A stretch of DNA of 60,649 bases, filler included. It is 7 parts of 7 records of this genome, joined end to end, with 100 filler letters (N's around TTAATTAATTAA, not from the genome) between each part and the next. Parts side by side here need not be neighbours in the genome. Positions count along the whole stretch, not along the records: positions 26,152 to 32,170 come from DRR723986_17107; positions 32,271 to 37,624 come from DRR723986_17129; positions 37,725 to 51,529 come from DRR723986_17131; 4 more parts are not named here. One strand, 5' to 3'. A program made the translations under genes and the position numbers. The notes under the pieces were generated by a model that was given only the letters and a program-made list of their open reading frames with translations, ran no database searches and had not been told where the DNA came from. This document shows, piece after piece, positions 28,470 to 38,568 of the stretch. Within the stretch, counting starts at the first letter, position 1; each line of letters opens with the position of its first letter.

Positions 28470-30164
28470 TTATGAGCGTTTCTTGCGATGGATCTTCTTG
28501 TGCACGCGTTCCAGGCCGTACTTTTCACCACCCTGCCCACGCGCGGCACGTTCGATGCGCAGCTTGGAGCGTCCGTTCCCGCTGCCGCGGCTAAACGCCG
28601 AGAGAATTGTCTCAGCATCCGGTTCCGGCACGGAGATAATTGAGTGTGTGTCCATGATGTCAATTTTTCCAACCGAGCGGCCGGAAACACCATAGTCATT
28701 TTCAATCATCTGCAGGATGCGGCCTGGGTTGGCTCCATCCTTGTATCCGATCGTCATCATCAGGCGCGTCTGATCCATGCGATTGCGGTAGCGCTCGCGC
28801 GGACGTGAACCGCCGCCTTCACCTTTGCGGAATTCGCGTGTTCCGCGAATGTAGGTGTATTTGCTTTCGTCCAGCGTCTCTGCGTGGCTTTGTTTCAGCA
28901 GCGCAGCGATGATGTCCTGAGGTTCTTTTTCGGCAAACATCTCAGCTGCCAAAGTTTTGAAGGACGCGAGTCCTTCGGTATCGGCAATCAGAGCATCGAC
29001 GTCACGCATGATCTTGCGTTTTTTGAGCTCAACCATTTTGGAGCCGTCGGGAATAAACTGCTTGCTGATTTTCGCTTTGGCGTGATGTTCGTACATGCGC
29101 AGCTTGCGGTATTCAGCCGGACTGATAAGCGTAATCGCTTTTCCGTCCTTGCCGGCGCGGCCCGTGCGGCCAATGCGGTGCACGTACGTTTCGGAGCTCT
29201 GCGGTAGTGAGTAGTTGACTACATGTGTTAAGTCTTTAACATCAATCCCGCGTGCAGCTACGTCGGTAGCCACCAGAATCTGTGTGTGACGCTGACGGAA
29301 GTTCTCCAGAATTGTCTCACGACGATCCTGTGAAACATCACCGTGGCAGGCTTCAGCACGATATCCGGCTCTGTTTAAGTTGCGGCTTACCGAATCACTA
29401 TCGATTTTGGTACGGCAGAAGATAATTCCATAGAACTCTTCTTCCATGTCGATAATGCGGCAGAGCGCATCAAACTTATCGCGACCAGGCACTTCAAAGT
29501 AAATCTGGTCAACGGAGTTATTTGCAATTTGGTCGGTCTCAGTTTTAATACTGACCGGATCATTCATGTACTTCTTGGCCAGGTCGGCAATTCGGCGCGG
29601 CATTGTGGCCGAAAACAGAAGCATCTGACGCTCACCTTCAACGTAACCAAGAATGGTCTCCACGTCGTCAATGAAACCCATGTTTAACATTTCGTCAGCT
29701 TCATCCAGCACGAAATATTCAATGGCGTCAAGTTTAAGTGTACCTTTTTGCAGGTGATCCATCACGCGGCCGGGAGTTCCGACTACGATGTCAACACCCT
29801 GCCGGAGGTGACGCTGTTGCACACCCCAGGACTGCCCACCATAAATAGGCACGATTGAAAATTTCTTGGATCCTTTGAGCGTATCAAGCTCTTCGGCCAC
29901 CTGTATGGCCAGTTCACGTGTAGGCGCCAGAACAATCACCTGTGGTGATTTTGACTTGCCCGGTGTAAGCTTATCGGTGAAAACCAGCCCAAATGTCGCT
30001 GTTTTCCCAGTACCGGTTTGTGCCTGCGCAATTACGTCCGTGTTGCTTTCCAGCAACAGAGGGATTGTCTTTGCCTGAATAGCAGTGGGCTCCGTAAAAC
30101 CTTTTTTGGCGATTGCTTCAAGCGCCAATGGCGAGAGGCCCAGCTCTTCAAATGTTTTTGCCAT
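28470..30164 (-). CDS. DEAD-box RNA helicase, DeaD/CsdA-like, with C-terminal DbpA-type RNA-binding domain
   Basis: Q motif, AQTGTGKT, PTRELA, TPGR, DEAD, SAT, ARGID, HRIGRTGRAG. C-terminal region IG.KDG..P / VGKIDI. Start set at ATG 30164. Confidence 0.93.
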   Translation of the reverse strand: MAKTFEELGLSPLALEAIAKKGFTEPTAIQAKTIPLLLESNTDVIAQAQTGTGKTATFGLVFTDKLTPGKSKSPQVIVLAPTRELAIQVAEELDTLKGSKKFSIVPIYGGQSWGVQQRHLRQGVDIVVGTPGRVMDHLQKGTLKLDAIEYFVLDEADEMLNMGFIDDVETILGYVEGERQMLLFSATMPRRIADLAKKYMNDPVSIKTETDQIANNSVDQIYFEVPGRDKFDALCRIIDMEEEFYGIIFCRTKIDSDSVSRNLNRAGYRAEACHGDVSQDRRETILENFRQRHTQILVATDVAARGIDVKDLTHVVNYSLPQSSETYVHRIGRTGRAGKDGKAITLISPAEYRKLRMYEHHAKAKISKQFIPDGSKMVELKKRKIMRDVDALIADTEGLASFKTLAAEMFAEKEPQDIIAALLKQSHAETLDESKYTYIRGTREFRKGEGGGSRPRERYRNRMDQTRLMMTIGYKDGANPGRILQMIENDYGVSGRSVGKIDIMDTHSIISVPEPDAETILSAFSRGSGNGRSKLRIERAARGQGGEKYGLERVHKKIHRKKRS

Positions 30165-30385
30165 GCTTATCTGATCGAGAAAAAACTTAAAGTTACGCAA
30201 AACTCGCGCGTTGGACAAATATTCCGCGTTGACCTGGCGCCGCCTTCGCGGAAACATACAATGAGGCCGTACGGATACTATCCGAAAATGAATTCAAGAA
30301 CTGCGATGACGATCGTAATGTAGATTTAGCGCCTGATTCACTTAAATACTTTCATATTAGTCTTGGCCAAGAGCTTTTTCCCCTC

Positions 30386-30937
30386 TCAAAGCAGTTGCGC
30401 ACGCCAGACACGTGCAGCGCGGTAGAGCGGTGCATCCGTCGTAGCCAGCGCCGCCAAACTCATCGCTCCCTCAAAGGACGCAAAAATCGTTGAAGCCATG
30501 CTGATACTAACGTCCTCAGGCAAAGGCGCTTTAGAGCGCGACAGCATCTGATTTAACCAGGTCGTGTTGCGCATCGCAAACTCACGCAGCAAATCCTGCG
30601 TCTTTTCTGTCAAAATGTGCGCCTCACTCATCAACATGCCGCAAAGGCAATGGCACTGGCGCGGCGCAAAGGCCTGTATGTAGGATTCGGCATATGCATT
30701 CAACAGTTTTCCCAGGCTGTTATCCGAGTTCTCCGCATCCGGCAGATGCGTAAAAAAACGCTCGGAGTAATCGGCGATCACAGTATTAACGAGCGCTTCC
30801 TTCGTCGCAAAATGGTGATGAATCGAGGCACTTTTGATGCCAATCTCCGCCGCTATCTCACGAAAACTGAAGCCACCATAGCCCTTATCGCGTATCATCC
30901 GCTCGGCTATCATCAAGACCTTTTCTCTTGTACTCAT
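30386..30937 (-). CDS. TetR-family regulator
   Basis: GYGGFSFREIAAEIGIKSASIHHHFATKEAL, with a CLCG motif in the C-domain. Confidence 0.9.
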   Translation of the reverse strand: MSTREKVLMIAERMIRDKGYGGFSFREIAAEIGIKSASIHHHFATKEALVNTVIADYSERFFTHLPDAENSDNSLGKLLNAYAESYIQAFAPRQCHCLCGMLMSEAHILTEKTQDLLREFAMRNTTWLNQMLSRSKAPLPEDVSISMASTIFASFEGAMSLAALATTDAPLYRAARVWRAQLL

Positions 30938-31122
30938 CCGTCATCTCACTGTAATACATCACGACAAATCTGATCGACTGCTGACTCTCTCCCCTGCTCG
31001 CCGCTTTTCCCCCGGCACTCTTCGCTGACCAATCTCCAGCATCCGCATGCAGACGCGCACATGTGTTTTTTATTCCAACGACTGCTCCAATCTAGAAAGT
31101 ATAGTCTCAAATAAAAACCAGC

Positions 31123-31140
31123 CTACCTATTGATAGGTAG
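31123..31140. promoter_or_regulatory. Palindromic operator upstream of the SDR gene
   Basis: CTACCTAT-TG-ATAGGTAG, perfect 8-bp arms, 23 nt before the SDR start, between divergent tetR and SDR genes. Confidence 0.75.
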
Positions 31141-31163
31141 TTTTCTTTTCGTAAGTTTGGGAC

Positions 31164-31928
31164 ATGAATACAAACACATATCTGATCGGCGGTAGTAAAG
31201 GCATGGCCCTTGAGACCGCAAAACTCTTGGTTTCCCGTGGACAATCCCTAACGCTTGTTGCGCGTAATGCAGCTGATTTACAAAGCGCAGCCGCGACTCT
31301 CGCAAAACTTAACAATGACGTCACAATCAACACCAAGGTCGTAGATTTATACGACCAGGCAGCGGTTGATGTTTTGATTGCGGACATTAACGCCGAATCG
31401 CAGCACATCAACGGTTTGGTGAATGCAGCTGGATATTTTGCTCCCAAACCTTTCCTGGAACAGGATCGTGGCGACTATCACAAATACCTGGACATTAACG
31501 AATCACTCTTTTTTATTACGCAGGCAGTCGCAAAAAACATGCAGCGGCATGGCGGTGGTTCAATTGTTAACATCGGTTCCATGTGGGCGCGTCAGGCCGT
31601 TAAAGCCACACCGTCCAGTTCGTACTCCATGGCCAAGGCCGGAATTCATTCGATGACGCAACATCTGGCAATGGAACTGGCAGATGCCAATATCCGTGTT
31701 AACGCGGTCGCCCCCGCAGTTGTTGTTACAGGTATTTATGGCGCATTTATTGAAAAGGACAAGATCGAGGAAACATTGGCCGGATTTAACAGTTTTCATC
31801 CAATCGGTCGCGTTGGACGTCCGGATGACGTCTCTACCGTCATCGACTTTTTGTTAAGTGACAAAACAAGCTGGGTAACCGGCGCAATTTGGGATGTGGA
31901 TGGTGGTGTAATGTCCGGCCGCAATTAA
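31164..31928 (+). CDS. Short-chain dehydrogenase/reductase
   Basis: GGSKGMA, NAAG, NIGS, YSMAK (YxxxK), IRVNAVAP, TGAIWDVDGG. Confidence 0.93.
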   Translation: MNTNTYLIGGSKGMALETAKLLVSRGQSLTLVARNAADLQSAAATLAKLNNDVTINTKVVDLYDQAAVDVLIADINAESQHINGLVNAAGYFAPKPFLEQDRGDYHKYLDINESLFFITQAVAKNMQRHGGGSIVNIGSMWARQAVKATPSSSYSMAKAGIHSMTQHLAMELADANIRVNAVAPAVVVTGIYGAFIEKDKIEETLAGFNSFHPIGRVGRPDDVSTVIDFLLSDKTSWVTGAIWDVDGGVMSGRN

Positions 31929-32170
31929 CTTAAACAGACGACTCATCACTCTTATGTAGTCGTGTATTGAGCAATCTTCCAGGGCCGTATTGAAGTTGTA
32001 ATCTGAATCGCACTTTTGGATCAGGACTGCATTGCGGCCCAATTGATTGCATAATGTTTGTTTAATGTCTGTTTAATCAATATTCAGCGATTGTAAGCGC
32101 AGGTTTGTGCAATCACAATTGCGGGTTCAACTTCCTGAGGCTTGAGCGCTTCGCCCCTCTTCCCAGCTCT

Positions 32171-32270
32171 NNNNNNNNNNNNNNNNNNNNNNNNNNNNNN
32201 NNNNNNNNNNNNNNTTAATTAATTAANNNNNNNNNNNNNNNNNNNNNNNNNNNNNNNNNNNNNNNNNNNN
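32171..32270. other. Artificial contig spacer
   Basis: N44-TTAATTAATTAA-N44. Confidence 0.99.
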
Positions 32271-32271
32271 C

Positions 32272-32556
32272 GCCCGCCAAGGGGTATTCAACCTGCTGCT
32301 AAGCAACGGCGACTGGCTGTTTACCTTTTGCACCACCAAGATGGCCAGTATTACCCGACGGGCGCCGTTTGGCCCCGCCCGCCTGAAAGATGCCGACGTT
32401 ACCGTGGATTTTGAATCGGAAACCACACCCAACGACATTGTCAGCGTCATCGTGACCGAACCCCTCACCAGCGACGAAACCTGGGATATTTACAAGCCGG
32501 GTGAATGGCGTTTGTGGCGACGGGGCGTTGTGGTGATGCAGGGCTCGGAATTGTGA
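32272..32556 (+). CDS. Class II glutamine amidotransferase (YafJ-like), C-terminal part
   Basis: GVFNLLLSNGDWLF...TRRAPFG.A.L.D.D...DF...TTPND.V.VI.TEPLT.DE.W. Frame is open from the contig edge. Confidence 0.85.
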   Translation, partial: ARQGVFNLLLSNGDWLFTFCTTKMASITRRAPFGPARLKDADVTVDFESETTPNDIVSVIVTEPLTSDETWDIYKPGEWRLWRRGVVVMQGSEL

Positions 32557-32675
32557 CCCAGTTCCGGTGGGGCGCCAGGCACTCAACCCTTTGACCGATG
32601 GCCGGCCGAGGCACGGCCTTTAGCATTTGTTCTGAACACAGGAAAGCGGTATCAGAACAACAAAGGGAATGACCC

Positions 32676-33746
32676 ATGCCTGCCTCTCATCTGTCTGCGG
32701 CGGTGGCCCCGGCTGCCGATGACCGGAATATCAACTCGAGTGTGCCGGACCCCGGGCGTTGCCATGAACGCACCGCCGAGCACCTGATCCGTCTGCACGG
32801 GAGCCAGTCCAGCAGCTATTTTGCCTTGCAGCCGGATTGCCGGCACTTTCTCAGCCCCGGTCTCGGGCTGGTACCGTATGTTCCGGTAAAGGTGTTGGGG
32901 CAGCGGGTAAACGTGGTGCCCACAAGACCCCTGGCGGGAGCACAGAGTATGGGCCGGCTACTGCAGGCGTTCGAGCAGAGTGTGCCCGGCCCCTCACTGT
33001 ATGTCGGCGTCGATCAGTCGCTCCTGGGGCCGTTGGGCGAGCTTGGTTACGATGCCACGGTGATGGGTACGGAGTTCTCGGTTGATCTGACGAGGTTCTC
33101 GCTTCGTGGCAAGGCGATGAAGCAGCTGCGCCATGCCCGCAATCTGGACAGGCGGTGTCGAATCGAGGTGCGGGAGCAATGTGGAGATGAGGTGAACTGG
33201 CACAAGGTGGCGGGTATCTCGGAGCGCTGGCGCCTGGGCAAGGCGGTCAAGGAACGGGAATTGGGTTTGCTCACGCGGCCACCGGTGTTTGCAGATGAAT
33301 GGGGAGTGCGCAAGTTCTACGCCTATGTGGAGGGCGAGCTGGCCGGATACGTGTTCTTTGATCCTTGGTACCGTCACCATGAACTGGCGGGCTATTGCGC
33401 CAATATTCTGCGGGCGTCGCCGGAAATGAACCGGCTCGGCGTACTCGACCACATTATTCTGCAGGCCTCCAGTCAGTTTCGTGAGGAAGGCGTGCCTGAG
33501 CTGTCGCTGGGCATTGCGCCCCTGCACGGCGTCCGCCACTGCCCGGGTGACCGGCCGGGCCTGCGCCGCCTTCAGAATATCCTGTATCGCTATGGGAATC
33601 GCCTTTACGCCTTCCAACCTCTGGCGTACCACAAATCACGCTACCGTGGCCGGGAAACTCCCTGGTTTGTCTGTGCCCGGGAACTGGGCAGTACCCGACT
33701 GGTTGCCACGCTGATGAAGGGCACGGGTCTGCTCGCACTGCCATGA
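32676..33746 (+). CDS. DUF2156 / MprF C-terminal-like aminoacyl-tRNA-dependent transferase domain protein, no TM region
   Basis: G.E..VDL..FSLRGK.M.QLR.ARN, IS..WR..K...E.ELG, F..EG...LSLGIAP, Y.FQ.L..HKS.Y. No hydrophobic segments. Confidence 0.8.
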   Translation: MPASHLSAAVAPAADDRNINSSVPDPGRCHERTAEHLIRLHGSQSSSYFALQPDCRHFLSPGLGLVPYVPVKVLGQRVNVVPTRPLAGAQSMGRLLQAFEQSVPGPSLYVGVDQSLLGPLGELGYDATVMGTEFSVDLTRFSLRGKAMKQLRHARNLDRRCRIEVREQCGDEVNWHKVAGISERWRLGKAVKERELGLLTRPPVFADEWGVRKFYAYVEGELAGYVFFDPWYRHHELAGYCANILRASPEMNRLGVLDHIILQASSQFREEGVPELSLGIAPLHGVRHCPGDRPGLRRLQNILYRYGNRLYAFQPLAYHKSRYRGRETPWFVCARELGSTRLVATLMKGTGLLALP

Positions 33747-36490
33747 CCCGGATTTCTGAACAGGCCTCCCAGTTTGGAGTGCCGGGGCTGGTTGATAACA
33801 CCGGCACTGACTATGCTGAAGCTCATTTGCCAACGGTAGTGAGCTCCATGGTTGCCGAAACCAAATTAACCCGTCCCGGGCTGCCTTCCGGCTTGTTGCT
33901 TGAGCCCTCACGGTTGCAGGCCCTTGATTGTATTGAACAGGTGCCGTTTGTACTGGTGTCGGCACCGGCCGGTTTCGGCAAAACCACATTGGTCAGTCAG
34001 TGGCTGGAACAGGAAAAACCGGTGCATGCCTGGTTGACGCTGGACCATAGGGATAACGCGCCGGCCCTGTTCTGGAATGCCGTGGCCAGCGCCCTGGCGC
34101 GGGTGAACCCACGATTTGCCATTCGCGAGAGCACCTTGTTAGCCGCGCTGGAACCGGGTGCCGCTGTTGACCCGGTGACCATGCTGATCAACCGCCTGGC
34201 GGATTATTCCCGAACCTGGCAGGCACCCAGCCGCCTGGTTCTGGTGCTGGATGATTTTCACCTGCTTGACCAGCAAGTACTACTGGAGCAGATCCGGCGC
34301 TTTATCGACTTTGCTCCGGGTTTTTTGCGCATTGTCTGTATCTCGAGGCTGGATCCCCCTATTCGCACCGCGCAGTTACTGGCTCGGCAACAGATGGTTC
34401 GGCTGGGGCCGGAGGTGCTCCGTTTTGATCTGGCGTTGACGCGAAAATTCGTCCAGGCCCGCCGGGCTGATCTCTCCGAAGAACAGATGTTGCAGTTGCA
34501 TCAGCGCACCGGCGGCTGGCCAGCGGCGTTGCAGCTCTCGGCGTTGTCGGAAAACCCGTTAAGCCATGTACCCGGGCCTGGTCAGAGAGCCCTGAGTGAC
34601 TATCTGCTGGAGGAAGTGTTCGCTGGCCTTGAGCCCGGGCTACAGCAATTTCTCCAGGATATGAGCCTGCTCCCTCTTTTCTCACATGAGGTTGCTGATG
34701 AAGCCCGGAATGGTAGCGATGCAGCGGACTGGATCGCAGTCATGCGCGAACGCAATCTGCTGTTCCAGAGTTACGGAGAGGGTCACTACTGGTATCGCCT
34801 GCATGATCTGCTGATCGACTGGCTTCAGGCGCAGGATCGGGAGCCTGAAGGGGAAAGCTCCATACGAATCAGGGCGGCCGAGGCATTCCGCCAGCGGGGC
34901 CTGATTGTGGAGGCCCTTGAGCTTTTTCTGGCCGAAGGCTGCTATGACCAGGCGGAAGCCCTGGTACCGTTGCTGTTGCAGGCGGAGGACCTGAGCGGCT
35001 ACCGGTCACTGCCTTCGCGCTTCCCGGACAGTGTTCGGATGTGTTCTCCCGCGCTGCTTCTGCTGCAGGCGCTGTTTGCCTTCATGGATGGTCAGTACGG
35101 AGCAGTGCTTGAGCATCTGGCCGCGGCCGACCGGCTTCTGCAGTCGACAGACCCATCACCGGACACCGAGGCTCTGCAGTTTGTCTCCATGTTGTTGGGC
35201 TGGCCCTCGGCACGGTTTGCCGGCCACCGTGCAGAGGCCGAGCAGTCCCTGACTCAGATACAGGCCCGGTTGGCCAGCGCTCCAGCCGGCCTGCAACACT
35301 GGGGGCTGTATACCCTCGGTACTGAAGCCTTTATGGAGGCACGATTGGGGCCGGCGCGCACCTTGTTGACCGATGCGCTGGCAGGGGCCCTGAAGAGTGG
35401 CGATAACCCCTGTGCCCTGCGCTGTCTGGTCATGCTGGTTCCGGCCCTGGTGCAGGGCGGTCGCATTGGCGATGCCCGCCGCTGCTATGAACAGACCCGG
35501 TTGAAGCTTGTCAACGGGCCCGTGAGTAAGGAGCAGGTTTGCCTTCTGGCCTATCTGGAGGGCTTGTTGGCGCTGGAGCATCATGATCTTGCATACGCCG
35601 CAAAACGGCTGGGCGAGGCCGGTCTGATTGCCGACCAGCATCTGACGCCGCTGGATCAGCTTTACCTAGCGTTTGAGCGGTTTCGCCTGGGCATGGTTTT
35701 GCGAGACTCCGAACTCTGGCAGCAGGAACTCAGCCGGATTGAGCAGTTGCACCAGGTTATGGGCCAGTTGCGCTGGCACCATAACATTCCGCGCCCGGAG
35801 GTACTGGAGGCGTTGGCGCGATTGACGGAGGGTAACGCCTTCCCTTTGATTCTATGGGCCCAGAGCGATCCGGAACCGGTTGTAGGTAATCGCTTTTGTA
35901 CCCTGAACGAAACCTTGTTGAAACTGATCGGTCAGTTGCTGGCGGCGTCGCCGGTGGCCCGGGAACTGGCAGCCCTGCGAACTGAGGCGGAAGAGGCGGG
36001 GTTGCTTCAGCTGGTGTGTCGTCTTGATCTGGTCAGTCTGATGGTTCAGGCCTTCGGGGATCAGGATCCTGAGGGAGCGGTGAAAAAGCTCGATGCACTG
36101 TTGGCGCTCTGGGTGCCCCGTGGTCTGGTGCGCCCCTTTGTGGATGCGGATCCCCGGCTGGATAGTCTGCTCGACGCCTGTATTACCCGCGGCTGGTCGG
36201 AAGTGGAAGCCAGCCGGATACTGGCTCTCCGGCAGGCCCGGATGGAGCCGGAAGCCGAAACCTGCGCCCGCACCCCGGAAGTCGCTGGTCCTGATGAACC
36301 GTTAAGTGATCGGGAACAGGGGGTGTTGGATCTGCTGGCAGAGGGACTCAGTAACAAGGCCATCAGCAAACAGCTCGGCATCTCAGTGGCGACGGTAAAG
36401 TCACATTTGAGCAATATCTACGGCAAGCTTCAGGCCGAGAACCGGATGCAAGCGGTTGCTCGCGCCCGGGAACTCGGCCTGATGTCATAG
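33743..36490 (+). CDS. MalT-like LuxR-family (STAND) transcriptional regulator
   Basis: ETKL..P, Walker A APAGFGKTT, AWLTLD..DN, LDDFH, GWPAAL, YRLHDL, and C-terminal LuxR HTH LSDRE...GLSNKAI...TVKSHL.NIY.KL. The true start may be later (MVAETKL). Confidence 0.92.
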   Translation: MTRISEQASQFGVPGLVDNTGTDYAEAHLPTVVSSMVAETKLTRPGLPSGLLLEPSRLQALDCIEQVPFVLVSAPAGFGKTTLVSQWLEQEKPVHAWLTLDHRDNAPALFWNAVASALARVNPRFAIRESTLLAALEPGAAVDPVTMLINRLADYSRTWQAPSRLVLVLDDFHLLDQQVLLEQIRRFIDFAPGFLRIVCISRLDPPIRTAQLLARQQMVRLGPEVLRFDLALTRKFVQARRADLSEEQMLQLHQRTGGWPAALQLSALSENPLSHVPGPGQRALSDYLLEEVFAGLEPGLQQFLQDMSLLPLFSHEVADEARNGSDAADWIAVMRERNLLFQSYGEGHYWYRLHDLLIDWLQAQDREPEGESSIRIRAAEAFRQRGLIVEALELFLAEGCYDQAEALVPLLLQAEDLSGYRSLPSRFPDSVRMCSPALLLLQALFAFMDGQYGAVLEHLAAADRLLQSTDPSPDTEALQFVSMLLGWPSARFAGHRAEAEQSLTQIQARLASAPAGLQHWGLYTLGTEAFMEARLGPARTLLTDALAGALKSGDNPCALRCLVMLVPALVQGGRIGDARRCYEQTRLKLVNGPVSKEQVCLLAYLEGLLALEHHDLAYAAKRLGEAGLIADQHLTPLDQLYLAFERFRLGMVLRDSELWQQELSRIEQLHQVMGQLRWHHNIPRPEVLEALARLTEGNAFPLILWAQSDPEPVVGNRFCTLNETLLKLIGQLLAASPVARELAALRTEAEEAGLLQLVCRLDLVSLMVQAFGDQDPEGAVKKLDALLALWVPRGLVRPFVDADPRLDSLLDACITRGWSEVEASRILALRQARMEPEAETCARTPEVAGPDEPLSDREQGVLDLLAEGLSNKAISKQLGISVATVKSHLSNIYGKLQAENRMQAVARARELGLMS

Positions 36491-36503
36491 AGCGGGTGCA
36501 CGA

Positions 36504-37397
36504 TTACTGCAGCGTGCGCCGATTGCCGTTCTTGTACTGGGGCGCGATGTAGTCCTGGATCTGTTCCTTGAAACGACCGATCAGCTCACTGTTGTCCTTG
36601 TCCCAGGGATGGAAGCCGGGCTTGAAGTACTCCAGCCAGGTCGGGATCAGACTGGAGAAGGCGCCGTTTTTGCCCCACATGCGCCACATACCTTTGGCGG
36701 CGTCCTTAACGGAGAAATGGCTGCGGTCCTTCAGGGCCATGCGGCCGGTATACCAGGTGCCGACAATACCCAGGGCTACGGTACTGAAGACCTGGTAAAA
36801 CGCCCGCTCGGTGTAGGTACCGCCAGCCTGGAGGAAAACGTCATAAGCAACGGCCTTATGCTCGGTTTCCTCAATGGCGTGCCACACCCACAGCGGGCGC
36901 ATGGATTCGTGCATGTCTTCGCGTATATCGTCACGCTCCAGCAGCATGTCGGCCATCATGGCTGTGATGTGCTCCAGGGCGCAGGTAATGGCCAGCTGGT
37001 GGCGTTTGGGCAGCTTCCGTGCCACGTCCAGAATCACTTTCAGATCCCGCTCCATCTCTTCTACCGGCATGCCCTGGTCGCGGACATGCTGGTTCATGGC
37101 GATGTGCTCGAGCGAGTGCATGGCTTCCTGGCCGATGAAACCGCGCACGTCCTCTTTCAGCTTCTTGTCCTGGATCTGGTCTCGAAACGCCCGGACCGAG
37201 TCCACAAAAAACTGCTCACCCTCGGGAAACAAAACAGACAGGGCGTTCATGGTATGACTGATCAGATAGTTGTTATCCACCCAGTATCTGGGGACCTGTT
37301 CGCCAAACTCGAAACCCATGCGCTGGGGTTTGATGGAGACATTGTCCGGGGTATGGGAGGCCTTGCCCGGTTTGTTCGTTTGTGTGGTGGTCAGCAT
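36504..37397 (-). CDS. Predicted metal-dependent hydrolase
   Basis: FPEGE.FF..SVR, FIGQEAMHS.EH, LEH.TA, WHAIEETEHKAVAYDV, YFKPGFHPW. SD AGGAG before ATG 37397. Confidence 0.9.
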   Translation of the reverse strand: MLTTTQTNKPGKASHTPDNVSIKPQRMGFEFGEQVPRYWVDNNYLISHTMNALSVLFPEGEQFFVDSVRAFRDQIQDKKLKEDVRGFIGQEAMHSLEHIAMNQHVRDQGMPVEEMERDLKVILDVARKLPKRHQLAITCALEHITAMMADMLLERDDIREDMHESMRPLWVWHAIEETEHKAVAYDVFLQAGGTYTERAFYQVFSTVALGIVGTWYTGRMALKDRSHFSVKDAAKGMWRMWGKNGAFSSLIPTWLEYFKPGFHPWDKDNSELIGRFKEQIQDYIAPQYKNGNRRTLQ

Positions 37398-37624
37398 GGT
37401 TCTACTCCTTTGCGACGGAACGCTTTGGCTGATGTCATGAAGCCAGTGTGGCGGAGTCAATCCGGATACTGAATGCGCGAAGGGGACGGGCATCGTCCAC
37501 AATGGGACAGGGGATTGGCCCGGGCGACAGCGGAGTCGGGGCAGCGGGCCCCACTGTGGCGGCAATCCGGTTCTGATAGAGTCAGAAACACGATAAATAT
37601 CAATCAGGGACACACTATGGCAGG

Positions 37625-37724
37625 NNNNNNNNNNNNNNNNNNNNNNNNNNNNNNNNNNNNNNNNNNNNTTAATTAATTAANNNNNNNNNNNNNNNNNNNN
37701 NNNNNNNNNNNNNNNNNNNNNNNN
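37625..37724. other. Artificial contig spacer
   Basis: N44-TTAATTAATTAA-N44. Confidence 0.99.
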
Positions 37725-38369
37725 TCCACCTGGATACAAGCTTCGGGAGTGCAGGCGTTCGAAATACTGGTAACACTTGTCGAGGTACTTCTCTTCGATA
37801 CCGATTCCGTTGTCCATGAAATCAATCGTCACCGATGTATCATCCTGACGAGTGGTTACGTTCACCTCAAGTGGGCGTTCGCTATGTCGAAACTTAAAGC
37901 AGTTGTCGATGATGCACTGAAAGCAAATATCGAGCACTCGATCATCGGCCTGTAGCGTCAAGTCGCCGCAGTCTGCGGATAGGTGGGCGGTTGCATCGTA
38001 GCTCGACTCTATGGCCAGCCAAGCCTTCTCGATCGCGGGGCGGACTCGTACTTCCGCGATGCGTTTTTCGTCTTGAGAGTGCGCTAGTCTAGAGAGTGAC
38101 CGAAGCAGGACACGCAATTCGTCTGCCGAATTGCGGATCATCTCCAGGTTCTCTTTTGCCTCAGCGGTTAACTGGGTCGCTTCCAAAGAATCAGTAAATG
38201 CTTCTAGGAAGTAAGTGATCGCGTGAGTTGGAGACCGGGTCTCGTGAACCAATCGCGGTAGAAAGCGATTCGCAAATTCTGGCTGCTGACTCGATGAAGC
38301 AACAAAACTTGGATGCGGAAATACAGATAACGTCCGTTCTGAATTGGGCGTGTCGGAACTCGAAGTCAT
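37725..38369 (-). CDS. Histidine kinase (HisKA + HATPase) without an evident sensor domain, 3' truncated
   Basis: H-box LVHETRSP, N-box IIDNCFKF, DNGIGI, FERLH. Confidence 0.85.
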
Positions 38370-38490
38370 GATGGTGACTCCTCTTATCTATAGGCGTGGG
38401 CGTTTTCGTACTTCGAATACCTAGGCGTTCGCACCTACGTATAGGAAGTAGAACACTACCCCCCGGGCGATGGAAGGTGTGCATAAAGCG

Positions 38491-38529
38491 ACCCGCGAAG
38501 AATGGCGAACTCTCGCCATTCTTGCGGGT
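38491..38529 (-). terminator. Long hairpin downstream of rpsA
   Basis: ACCCGC(G)AAGAATGGCGA-ACTC-TCGCCATTCTTGCGGGT. Confidence 0.65.
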
Positions 38530-38568
38530 TAGATTCAATTATCGACTCTACTGCTTTTGGACTAGAGG

